Positions 26,211 through 34,230 of a DNA stretch of 64,000 nt are shown here, piece after piece. How positions within the stretch are numbered: the first letter of the stretch is position 1; each line of letters starts with the position of its first letter. A program made the position numbers and the translations under genes. The notes beneath the pieces are model-generated. The model had not been told where the DNA came from. It saw only the letters and a list, made by a program, of their open reading frames with translations, and did not search any database. This DNA comes from a virus: the IMG/VR virus record IMGVR_UViG_3300005466_000027, positions 7,865 to 71,864 of that record; one strand, 5' to 3'.

Positions 26211-26861
26211 TCACTGGAAAAGGTATATGGGGCAAAGTTGATCCATCAGCTCAACCCCTGGAGAACCTGCGGCACGGAGAGCCTCAATACCAGTTTCAGC
26301 GCAAAGGCTAAGCACTTCATCGCGGGCGGCGGCGGCGGCGTAGACGGCGTCGGCGGCGGCGGCGTAGGCGTCGGCGGCGTCGGCGGCGTAGGCGGCGGCC
26401 CTCGCCACTTTCTTAGCTTCGACCACAGCTTCAATAGTGCCTTCCCGCTCACACTTCGAAGCTGAGGCTTCCAATTTTTCACGATAGGATGCGTTCCCTT
26501 TCATGGAAGCCGCTGCACGTAGGGCGCGTGGCATGATTTGCCGGATTGTTTGTTCCAGTAGGACTGCTCGAAATACTGTCACGTCCAGTTGATCGGCGCT
26601 ACCGAGCTGGGCAACCGCAATGCGTCGCATCCCCTTGGCGCGTGCTGTGTTGGAAGACCATTTCGAATCGTTGAGGCGGATTTTGAATTTACGGACGGCG
26701 GGGTGAACGCATGCCGGTTCGTCCCCGTGAGGTTGACCCAGAGCGTAGCAAACTGCGGCTTCGACGCACATTTTGCCTGGGATGGGTTTACCGACGCCAT
26801 GCACAAGGCCAGCGTCTACGGTAGTGAGAACTTTTTGAGCGATTTCAAGGGTGATGTTCAT
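26211..26861 (-). CDS. hypothetical protein with Ala-rich AAYAAD repeats
   Basis: MCVEAAV..ALG..HGDEP.CV...IRLND; Ala tract. Confidence 0.7.
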   Translation of the reverse strand: MNITLEIAQKVLTTVDAGLVHGVGKPIPGKMCVEAAVCYALGQPHGDEPACVHPAVRKFKIRLNDSKWSSNTARAKGMRRIAVAQLGSADQLDVTVFRAVLLEQTIRQIMPRALRAAASMKGNASYREKLEASASKCEREGTIEAVVEAKKVARAAAYAADAADAYAAAADAVYAAAAARDEVLSLCAETGIEALRAAGSPGVELMDQLCPIYLFQ

Positions 26862-26910
26862 AAGTGGATTGGTGATGCTGAGTTATTTGTTTTTAATCTG
26901 GAGAAGCGTT

Positions 26911-26960
26911 ACCCCCGGCCCGCGGGCGACTGTGGCCGTTTAAAGGCCGGGGGTAGTTTT
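26911..26960. terminator. long GC hairpin
   Basis: TACCCCCGGCC ... GGCCGGGGGTA inverted repeat followed by T-tract on + strand. Confidence 0.45.
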
Positions 26961-26984
26961 TCCACTTCTCACGGTGAAAGGGGG

Positions 26985-27140
26985 TTAAAGGATTTCCCGC
27001 AATTCAGTGCGGCGGAAAGCGTGATGAGTGAAAGCGCGCTTCATTGCGCATGCTTCTTGGTGTGTGAGCGGGGAACGGTTGAGCTGTGTCTCCTGCCCAT
27101 TGTCGCAGCGGATGGAGTAAAGATTGAAAAAGCGTTTCAT
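26985..27140 (-). CDS. 51-aa hypothetical protein (not in ORF track)
   Basis: MKRFFNLYSIRCDNG...LREIL; preceded by ACCACGCGCC motif. Confidence 0.5.
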   Translation of the reverse strand: MKRFFNLYSIRCDNGQETQLNRSPLTHQEACAMKRAFTHHAFRRTELREIL

Positions 27141-27161
27141 GGCTGGCGCGTGGTGGGTGAT

Positions 27162-27515
27162 TTAAAGCGCTTCGGACGCAACTTCCGCTTCCACTACACG
27201 GCGGTATGGGTCTCCCCACGGTTGACCGTCACGGCCAAAATCAATACCGCTGAGAGAGCCTACAGCCACGCCGTTCTCGTCACGGCAGAGGCATTCCCAC
27301 AGTGCCCGCGGTTCCTCATCGGAGAAATCGCTGGAGTCTGTGGTCTGGTCAATCGACCACTCGAAAGAGAACCCGCGTTCCCGCGCTTCCTTTTCCGCCT
27401 GGGCGAGAGAAGCGGCGCAACGTGCGCGTCCCTGCTCTGGTGTTTCAGTCTTTAGATCATAACTGTATCCAGCGTGTTCGTAAAAGAATTGCTCTGCTGT
27501 GGTGGTAGTTTTCAT
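27162..27515 (-). CDS. acidic early hypothetical protein
   Basis: FFYEHAGYSY...SLSGID...YRRVVEAE. Confidence 0.65.
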   Translation of the reverse strand: MKTTTTAEQFFYEHAGYSYDLKTETPEQGRARCAASLAQAEKEARERGFSFEWSIDQTTDSSDFSDEEPRALWECLCRDENGVAVGSLSGIDFGRDGQPWGDPYRRVVEAEVASEAL

Positions 27516-27631
27516 ATTGTGAGAAGTGTTAATGGTTTGTTTGGTCGCCTTACGGCGCTTTTGGCCTGCTCTCTTCAGTTGCCAGTGGCCAGCCTGGGCA
27601 AGACACGCTCTGGGAAGCGTGTTTCGGCTGT

Positions 27632-28483
27632 TTACGCGAGGACAGGGGCAAGGCGCTCCACTTCGGCCCAGGTGATGCGATGGCAGCCTGCCACGATCCC
27701 GTGTTCGTTAATCGCGTCCAACTGGTAAGGCCCGACTGGGCAGGTTTCCCCGTTGCGATGCCAGTTTTTGTGAGTGCGGGCGAAGCGATAGGCCTCGCGA
27801 GCGTCATGGAGCGGTACGCGAGCGCCGAGAGTAGAGACAAGCTCCTCGCCCTCCACACGGAAGGCTGTGGGGAAAAGACGGGGGTTGAAATACTCCCCTG
27901 TTTCCCCGCGGAGCCATGCGGCGTAGCCTGCCTCTTGCTCCAATCGGGCAGCAAGCTCCCGTTTCGCTTCAGCCTTGGCGCGTGCCGCTTCAGCGCGTTG
28001 CGTGGCCAGCTTCAATCGCTCGATTGTCTTTTCGTCCACTTTGCGGCGCAGGCCGAAAAACTCGTTTACCTTGGCCGCGGACTCCAGCCACTTCGATTGT
28101 TCGGCGCGGTATTGGTCCTTGTTGCGCGCTTTCTCGATTTTCGCGGCGAAGTAGGCAGCCCGCTTGACGGCATAGTCGAAAAGCTCTTTCCCGCCGATGT
28201 CGGAAAGGGAACTGCCCATATTGATTCCCCCGATGTGGAACACGGTCATACCGCTGACCGCTTGACGCAGCTGCCCTTGATGCTTACTCGTCGTCACGCT
28301 GTAGCTGGTGTCGTTGATGACGACGGCAGCTTTGCCTTTGTGTTCAATGTGGCGGGCGATGGCCGTGCCATAGGAAAGAAAGGCGTCGCCGTTGAAGGAC
28401 ATGGCCGATGGGGCTTCGCCACGGGGCGCGCCCTTGTGGGCCCAGACATGTGCGATTTCATTAGAGGTAAATTTCGTTTTCAT
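27632..28483 (-). CDS. early hypothetical protein
   Basis: 283 aa with own promoter; SYGTAIA, YSVTTSKHQ, TLGARVP, AGCHRI. Confidence 0.75.
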   Translation of the reverse strand: MKTKFTSNEIAHVWAHKGAPRGEAPSAMSFNGDAFLSYGTAIARHIEHKGKAAVVINDTSYSVTTSKHQGQLRQAVSGMTVFHIGGINMGSSLSDIGGKELFDYAVKRAAYFAAKIEKARNKDQYRAEQSKWLESAAKVNEFFGLRRKVDEKTIERLKLATQRAEAARAKAEAKRELAARLEQEAGYAAWLRGETGEYFNPRLFPTAFRVEGEELVSTLGARVPLHDAREAYRFARTHKNWHRNGETCPVGPYQLDAINEHGIVAGCHRITWAEVERLAPVLA

Positions 28484-28536
28484 TTTAGTAGGTGATGCGG
28501 AGTTGCCTTGCGGCAGGTTTTAATTGTTGAGGCTGC

Positions 28537-28565
28537 AGGTTAATTCAGTTTGTTGGAAACGTCAA
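28537..28565 (-). promoter_or_regulatory. early sigma70-like promoter
   Basis: TTGACG-17bp-TAACCT on minus strand. Confidence 0.65.
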
Positions 28566-28572
28566 GAGGAGA

Positions 28573-28785
28573 TTACAGATTTTTTTTGTTCGGTTGGGCG
28601 CGTGGTGGGTGGATCGTGACAAGCACCATGTGTTTGTGGATACCGTCGCGTTTAATCAAGGCAACGGTTGCCGGATGGCAGTAGCCGAGCGTCGCATATT
28701 TGCCTGTCGCTTTGAGCTTGGCGCGGATTTCGGTTTGCCCGTCTGTGGTGATGAAGCGCAAAGCTTCCTTAGGTTTGGTAATCAT
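28573..28785 (-). CDS. hypothetical protein
   Basis: ATG directly after ACCACGCGCC motif. Confidence 0.5.
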   Translation of the reverse strand: MITKPKEALRFITTDGQTEIRAKLKATGKYATLGYCHPATVALIKRDGIHKHMVLVTIHPPRAQPNKKNL

Positions 28786-28795
28786 GGCGCGTGGT

Positions 28796-29029
28796 CTACC
28801 GTTCAATCAGTGCGGCGCACTCCAGAGCGTGAAAGACGCACTCACCAAATTCGTGTGCAGCCTCTTGCCAAGACAGCCCGCCGCGGATTTGCGCGCCATA
28901 TTGGACGGCGAAAGAGCGTTTGCCTGACTGGTGGATCGAAACGGGGTGTTGACCGGGAATTTCGTGTGTGGTGATGAGGGTCGATTTCGTTTTCATGTGA
29001 TGCGGGATGAGGGTCGATTTCGTTTTCAT
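28796..29029 (-). CDS. hypothetical protein with duplicated N-terminus
   Basis: MKTKSTLIPHH-MKTKSTLI; FAVQYG.Q....L...AA.EFG.C..HAL.C. Confidence 0.6.
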   Translation of the reverse strand: MKTKSTLIPHHMKTKSTLITTHEIPGQHPVSIHQSGKRSFAVQYGAQIRGGLSWQEAAHEFGECVFHALECAALIER

Positions 29030-29038
29030 GTGATGCGG
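28973..29038. repeat. perfect 33-bp tandem duplication
   Basis: GATGAGGGTCGATTTCGTTTTCATGTGATGCGG x2. Confidence 0.95.
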
Positions 29039-29059
29039 AAAGAGTTGAGAGGCAGGGTT

Positions 29060-29554
29060 TCAGACCAATCCCAAGAGCACAGTGCCGTCAGCCGCATATA
29101 CTGTCACGTTGCCGTGATCGTTGACTGTTTTGTAATCCGCACTTTGGTCCCTATCGGGGTTTTCGTAGTGCTCCAGTTCGTCGATTTCGTCATGGGATGG
29201 CCAGTAGCCGATGTCTGCGCCGTCTCCCGGATGTGCTCCGAAATAACAGTAGGGCGGGGCAAAGGTGCCCAGAGCATCGGGCAAAGCCTCGTTGACCAGT
29301 TCTTGTGCGATGTCTTCTTTATCTGGGTCGATTTCGCTGCCATCGGGGGAGAAGCAATCCTGTGCTTCCCCGATGAGGGAATTGAGGTTGTCACGTTGGG
29401 CGAAGTTTTCCGGGAGGGAAAAGTAATTGCCGTTGCGGTTGACCTGCCATTCCAGTTCGGAGAGGAAAGTCGGAAGCAAGTCTTCTGTGCGAAGGGTGGC
29501 AGCGGAGATGCTGCCAAGTGATGCGGGTTTGATCGTGATGGATTGAGGAGTCAT
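29060..29554 (-). CDS. acidic early hypothetical protein
   Basis: SISAATLRTEDL...APPYCYFGAHPGDGADIGYW...VNDHGNVT. Confidence 0.7.
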   Translation of the reverse strand: MTPQSITIKPASLGSISAATLRTEDLLPTFLSELEWQVNRNGNYFSLPENFAQRDNLNSLIGEAQDCFSPDGSEIDPDKEDIAQELVNEALPDALGTFAPPYCYFGAHPGDGADIGYWPSHDEIDELEHYENPDRDQSADYKTVNDHGNVTVYAADGTVLLGLV

Positions 29555-29662
29555 AGTGTGATGCGGAGTTTTAAGGTTTGTGGGTCAGAGCGGCTGTTTT
29601 TCTTAGCGCTCACTACCGCCCCCGCGTTACGGGGGCGATGTGTGAATGCCTTTAAGCGAAGG

Positions 29663-29881
29663 CTAGTTGGCAGCGTCAGCCAAATTAAACGCTGTCCACT
29701 TGTCCACGCTGGGGAGAGCACTGCGGGGAACTCGTACGACTGTCCCATCCGCTTTAGTAATCCATGCAAAACGCACGGACCAGCGAACCATTTTCGCGCC
29801 GCCGAGAGAGGCGCAAATAAGCGGGAACGCGAGAACGGCATGTTCCGGGGCTGTGTATTGTCCGTAAGAGGTAGTGGTCAT
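29663..29881 (-). CDS. hypothetical protein
   Basis: First ORF after promoter at 29922-29950. Confidence 0.5.
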   Translation of the reverse strand: MTTTSYGQYTAPEHAVLAFPLICASLGGAKMVRWSVRFAWITKADGTVVRVPRSALPSVDKWTAFNLADAAN

Positions 29882-29921
29882 AATGTGATGTGGATTTTAA
29901 GGTTTTCTGGTCTACGCAAGG

Positions 29922-29960
29922 AAGTTACTCCCACTTGTTGCATTCGTCAAGAGAAGATTT
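29922..29960 (-). promoter_or_regulatory. early promoter, repeat copy 1
   Basis: TTGACG-17bp-TAACTT; 30 bp identical to 31250-31279. Confidence 0.7.
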
Positions 29961-30727
29961 CAAAAATTCCATTGCTCTGCCATGGCGAGCGCAATTCCTG
30001 AGTAGGTGACAGCCCGCACGGAAGCGCGGTCGTCGGAAGGAGAAAGTCGGTTCTGCCCGCTGTCGGTTTGGTTGGACCAGCGTGGGCGGATTAATCCTGG
30101 TTCGCCTCCACACGCGAGGCAGCCTTTAGAGAACATATAGCGCGCTGTCTCTCCAGTTCCGGTTGTTCCACATGGGCACACTGCACGGGGCGGGTAGTGT
30201 TTAGCCGGATCAATCTTGAGCGGGGGCAGCCCTTTGAGCCAAAGACACGTGGCCTTGCTGGCATCTTCCCCAAACTGGTATGGCTGGATAATTTGACGAC
30301 CGGGCAGCTTGTTTGGCAGCGCCGGATGGGTGTTCATGTGCCCGATGGGGTTTTCGATGCAGATACGGGGCACTGGGGCTGCCCACAGCGCCAGGAAAAA
30401 CTCCACTGCTTTCTCCCGTGCCTCCCGGCGTGCCTGTCCGGTCAATGTGCCCGGTTTCACTTTCTGGTGATACCCTACGCCGGGATACTTGGTGTAGTCA
30501 GGATCGCGAAAAGCCCATGCCGCACAAGTGGCCAAGTAGTCACAAGGGGGATGAGCAATCAGTAAATCCCAGTTGTCCCATCTGATGGCTCGCAACACAT
30601 CGCAGCGGTAATGGTATTCCGATTTGTCCGCAGAGGGGAGCAGGTCACAACTCCACGCGTCGTGTCCCTTGGCACGGAAAGCACGGCGCACTACCCCACT
30701 GCACTCGCAAGCTATGAGCACTTTCAC
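29960..30727 (-). CDS. phage C5 DNA cytosine methyltransferase-like protein
   Basis: VLIACECSG, WSCDL, DLLIAHPPC, IENP, QPYQFG...K.TCLW, R.VTY.GIA.AMAEQW. Confidence 0.85.
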   Translation of the reverse strand: MKVLIACECSGVVRRAFRAKGHDAWSCDLLPSADKSEYHYRCDVLRAIRWDNWDLLIAHPPCDYLATCAAWAFRDPDYTKYPGVGYHQKVKPGTLTGQARREAREKAVEFFLALWAAPVPRICIENPIGHMNTHPALPNKLPGRQIIQPYQFGEDASKATCLWLKGLPPLKIDPAKHYPPRAVCPCGTTGTGETARYMFSKGCLACGGEPGLIRPRWSNQTDSGQNRLSPSDDRASVRAVTYSGIALAMAEQWNF

Positions 30728-30966
30728 AGTTCAATTTCCTTTCCAGCATTATCCCATGCGCGGCCATTGTAGGAAATCGTGGCAACGGTTTTTCCCGTGG
30801 TCAGGTCAACCACGGTCACTTTGGGGGACTCGCGACCACCTAGACACTGTTCGTCGCGTAGCTGGCACCACGCGTCAGAGGCTTCGCGGATCGAAGCAAC
30901 GGCCACAACATGGCGTTTCGAGCCAAAGCGGACGGCGTATTGAGGGGATGGGGAAAGCGTGTTCAT
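30724..30966 (-). CDS. hypothetical protein
   Basis: ATISYNGRAW motif; GTGA overlap. Confidence 0.6.
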   Translation of the reverse strand: MNTLSPSPQYAVRFGSKRHVVAVASIREASDAWCQLRDEQCLGGRESPKVTVVDLTTGKTVATISYNGRAWDNAGKEIEL

Positions 30967-30975
30967 GGTGCGTGA

Positions 30976-31233
30976 TTAATCCAAGTTCCACGTTTTTAGT
31001 TCCAGCACTTCACGAACGAGGCACCCGTTTTCCATGTGGCGGGCGTGCATACGCTTTTCGTGCTGCTCTTTGGCGGAAGCGTTGGCGTAGGATTGTTTTG
31101 GCTCGATTGCCGGGAGCATCTCTTCGGGGAGTGCTTTTGCCTTTTCCACGGCTGCGTTGAAATCGGTTACACCACGAATCCAGACAGTTTTTGTCCGTGT
31201 GTCCCACAGTTTGCAGATGACGATGAAATTCAT
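30976..31233 (-). CDS. hypothetical protein
   Basis: Near-leaderless after promoter copy 2. Confidence 0.55.
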   Translation of the reverse strand: MNFIVICKLWDTRTKTVWIRGVTDFNAAVEKAKALPEEMLPAIEPKQSYANASAKEQHEKRMHARHMENGCLVREVLELKTWNLD

Positions 31234-31241
31234 ATGGGGTG

Positions 31242-31279
31242 AGCATACTCCACTTGTTGCATTCGTCAAGAGAAGATTT
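31242..31279 (-). promoter_or_regulatory. early promoter, repeat copy 2
   Basis: TTGACG-16bp-TATGCT. Confidence 0.7.
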
Positions 31280-31296
31280 TCCCTTTTTCCGTGGGG

Positions 31297-31872
31297 TCAG
31301 GTAAATGCCGGATCATCCATCAATGCGTTTTTCGCTTTTGCAGCGTGCTTTAACTCCACGGGGTCGGAGAGCTTATCCAATTTGAGTTTGTAACGGATTT
31401 GCTGGCCAGCGGCATAAACCTCTAATCGGGATACACCCAGCCTTGCTGCAATACGACGGGCTGGCCAGCGCTGAATTTTGTAGGAGAGAACCGCGCGCTC
31501 CAATGGGGTCATAAAGGTTTCTCGGGCTGCCTCTGGAACAGGTTGACCGGATTCGACCAATATGTCAGTTCCCAGATTCGAGAGATTATTCCCCACACGC
31601 TCCCTCATTCGAGCCACAATTGCGGCTGTCGGTTGTGGAGGTAGGCATGTCCAGAGATTGCAGCGAAGCCCCTCAACGCTGTGTAGGCCGATGGGACGCA
31701 TGCCTAAAGCCCGCAGAGACTTGGCCAAGCCTTGAGCAGTTATTAGGGCACCATCTTTTTCCAGGAATCGTAAAAGTGTTACGGCGTCGAGTATATCATA
31801 CTGAACGAGAGGGGTTTCTGCTGCTAAACGGTGTTCTTGGATTGCGCCGCGAATGGATAATTCTGAATGCAT
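31297..31872 (-). CDS. primase C-terminal-domain paralog fused to LuxR/sigma4-like HTH
   Basis: PLVQYDI...ITAQGLA..LR..G..P.G......R.NLW aligns with primase C-terminus; MTPLERAVL...RIAARLGVS...V......IRYKL. Confidence 0.75.
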   Translation of the reverse strand: MHSELSIRGAIQEHRLAAETPLVQYDILDAVTLLRFLEKDGALITAQGLAKSLRALGMRPIGLHSVEGLRCNLWTCLPPQPTAAIVARMRERVGNNLSNLGTDILVESGQPVPEAARETFMTPLERAVLSYKIQRWPARRIAARLGVSRLEVYAAGQQIRYKLKLDKLSDPVELKHAAKAKNALMDDPAFT

Positions 31873-32166
31873 ATGCCCAGTGCCTATACCACCTTTTCCT
31901 TATCGCACAAGGACAGATGTAGAGATTATTAAAAAAACGTATAATAGTATAAAGGGAATAGAGTAAGGGGAAATCGCATCTAGGAGGCAGGAGAGACTTT
32001 TTAAAGAAAAATATGGACAGCAGGGATTCAGTGCAGCGGGGCTGCTCCGATTTCGGGTTTTGAGCGTTTGCACGGCTAGCGCTGGATCAGTGGGCGCAGC
32101 CCCATGGTGCTTTGGAGTGTGAGGGCCACACTTGACTATACTTTTCAGGTATGCTCGAATGCCCAC

Positions 32167-32370
32167 ATGCCAAAGGCTAAGCCTCTTCCTGATGATCCTG
32201 TAGCGCGTGAAAAGGTGTTGCGGGCTCGCCGGTCAGCCGTGGAGCGGGTAAATAAGTGGAGAAAGCGCCACCCGGAAGCAGCTCGAATTTACACCTATGC
32301 GGCTCAAATGCGTTTCCTGGCATCCAAAAAAGCGAAAGCCCGTTTGCAGGCATTAAATTTGTTAGCTTAA
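32167..32370 (+). CDS. small basic hypothetical protein
   Basis: K/R-rich helix, KWRKRHPE. Confidence 0.45.
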   Translation: MPKAKPLPDDPVAREKVLRARRSAVERVNKWRKRHPEAARIYTYAAQMRFLASKKAKARLQALNLLA

Positions 32371-32379
32371 GCACTTTTT

Positions 32380-33100
32380 CCGTGGTGTCGCTTTTCCTCT
32401 GTAGGATGGTGCAACGCAAAGACGCTCAGCACGCGTCAAAACGAACTGCCCGCTGTCCCCTACCAGCTCGTCACCTTCAAAACGAATTTCGGGCACCAGG
32501 ATGGCTCGAATTTCGCCCACCCTGTGGAACAGATCGACCAAACACACTTTTGCGCTGTGGAACGAAATCGCGATGCTGTGGAACACTGATAGATACAGGG
32601 TTCTACGTTATTTGACATTCGGGTGTATTTCGTATAGTGCAAATGGTTGTGGTTGAGGGAGTTACGATAACGTTATACTCTCAGTATCATATGAAATGGG
32701 AATGACCCGCCTCTGTGGGATTGCTGAAGGGGTGGTGGGGTGGCACCCGGTAGGCGGGGAAACCGACCCCGCGTGATCGCGTAATAGGGGTCTCACGGGA
32801 TTTTCCTAAAATTTGACTTTTTCTAGTAATTATAATTCAGCCCGAACCACCTATTTCCGACACCACGAATTACCCGCACGCCGACGCACCCGCACGCCGA
32901 CATCAGCTATTTCCCGCGCACCCGCACACCAAAATAACTCCTCCCCCCCCGATCCACCAATCATCCAACCACCCTCACACCGGCCACACGAATTTCTTGA
33001 CGTGCCCCGTCGAACCTGATACACGCGCCAGCGCATGCTGAGAACCCAATCCCGAGTCTACTTCATCGCCCTGCTCACGCTGGAATATCTGCGCGGCTAA
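32380..33100. other. non-coding divergence region (candidate origin or genome terminus)
   Basis: No credible ORFs; CTGTGGAAC x3, ACCCGCACGCCGAC x2, AT-rich patches, G-rich to C-rich switch. Confidence 0.5.
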
Positions 33101-33110
33101 AAGATTTGTA

Positions 33111-33139
33111 TTGACGGAAACGTCAAAGAGGAGTAGTTG
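33111..33139 (+). promoter_or_regulatory. rightward promoter with palindromic -35
   Basis: TTGACG-gaaa-CGTCAA; 17 bp to TAGTTG; ATG 8 nt later. Confidence 0.6.
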
Positions 33140-33147
33140 TCGCAGAT

Positions 33148-33525
33148 ATGGCGAACAACTACACATCAGATGGTAAATTCATTATCGACGCTTCCGGCAA
33201 GCAGTGGCCGGTTGATGTGGCGCATTTAATGCCACTTCCAAACGGGCTCCAATTCCATACCATTGCCGGTGGTGGGTATTCACTGCTTTTCGCTGGACCT
33301 GATGGCGAATGGAGTTGCGAGCAGTACGACACTGACACCCACTGGCTAGCCCGCGCACCCCTGCCGCCCGTGCCGAAGCCGAAGACTCAGGCGGAGTTGG
33401 ATGAAGAGGCATACCACGCCTACATGCTTCCAATCGTAAACAAGGCTCACGGGATTCCATACCAATCGGTCTGGAACGCAGCACTCGCCTACGAGCGCAA
33501 CCGCACCGCTGCTACGCCACAATGA
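33148..33525 (+). CDS. hypothetical protein
   Basis: First ORF of rightward arm. Confidence 0.6.
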   Translation: MANNYTSDGKFIIDASGKQWPVDVAHLMPLPNGLQFHTIAGGGYSLLFAGPDGEWSCEQYDTDTHWLARAPLPPVPKPKTQAELDEEAYHAYMLPIVNKAHGIPYQSVWNAALAYERNRTAATPQ

Positions 33526-33734
33526 AAACCGCGCTCTACATCGAGGATGGTGTCACTCAGATCATCCTCACCCCCGAATCGGATTGGGAAAGAGTAATCC
33601 TGGCCGACGTGGACAAACGCCCAGTAACATTCTTCCGTGGTGAATTCTATTCCTGCAGAGGTGGATGGGATCGCCACGGCAGCGGCACCGAATCACTCAT
33701 CATCCGCATGGCTGAATCGAAGGAGGAACTGTGA
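33522..33734 (+). CDS. hypothetical protein
   Basis: MKTALYIEDGVTQIILTPE..E; CRGGW.R. Confidence 0.6.
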   Translation: MKTALYIEDGVTQIILTPESDWERVILADVDKRPVTFFRGEFYSCRGGWDRHGSGTESLIIRMAESKEEL

Positions 33735-34015
33735 TGAAAACTCCTGACACCTCTTCACCAGCATTTCCCGGACTATACAGCACCCCCGGATATGGTTGCG
33801 CCCGCCGCACCGCCGATGGAGAACTGGAGGAACACACCACCGGCATGACCCTGCGCGACTACTTCGCGGCCAAAGCGCTGCAAGGTATGATGGCAAACAA
33901 CAATGTCGCGTTGGTCGATTGCCTCACTGGCAGCCCCGAAGACATTCAGGCTATTGCCAAGACCGCGTATGCCCTGTCGGACGCGATGCTCGCTCAACGG
34001 GAGAAATTGGGATGA
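33731..34015 (+). CDS. conserved small phage protein
   Basis: PAFP...GMTLRDYFAAKALQG...AY.LSDAML..R. Confidence 0.8.
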   Translation: MMKTPDTSSPAFPGLYSTPGYGCARRTADGELEEHTTGMTLRDYFAAKALQGMMANNNVALVDCLTGSPEDIQAIAKTAYALSDAMLAQREKLG

Positions 34016-34230
34016 ACTGCGATTACTGCGGAACTTTTCACTACGACACCCGCTGCCCGAGCTGCGGAGCGCCTGTCACGCGGTCAGTCACCGCCGATCA
34101 AGTTCAAGGTGACGAGACGATCCGCCAAGACTTCCGCTGGTCATGGTCAGGTGGATTGCCTCAGATCATGGGGCTGAAGGTCGGTGGGTTCTCCATTATG
34201 CCACCATCCACCAAGCTCACGGGCGTATGA
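34012..34230 (+). CDS. 72-aa Zn-ribbon protein carrying a capsid-derived segment
   Basis: CDYC...CPSCG then VQGDETIRQDFRWS; ATGA overlaps both sides. Confidence 0.7.
   Translation: MNCDYCGTFHYDTRCPSCGAPVTRSVTADQVQGDETIRQDFRWSWSGGLPQIMGLKVGGFSIMPPSTKLTGV

Noticed and set aside
26323-26400. GGC-rich repeat as a regulatory or contingency locus
   Set aside because: Explained by an Ala-rich AAYAAD coding tract common in phage proteins
28973-29038. CRISPR array
   Set aside because: Two abutting copies with no spacer; the Cas4-like DUF2800 gene is a normal phage replication-module gene
32522-32584. DnaA boxes
   Set aside because: TGTGGAAC differs from TGTGGATAA at key positions; kept only as unnamed iteron-like repeats
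1636-34142. Capsid/34108 repeat as a DGR template-variable pair
   Set aside because: Only 35 bp, the two mismatches are not both at adenines of one copy, and no reverse transcriptase is in the window
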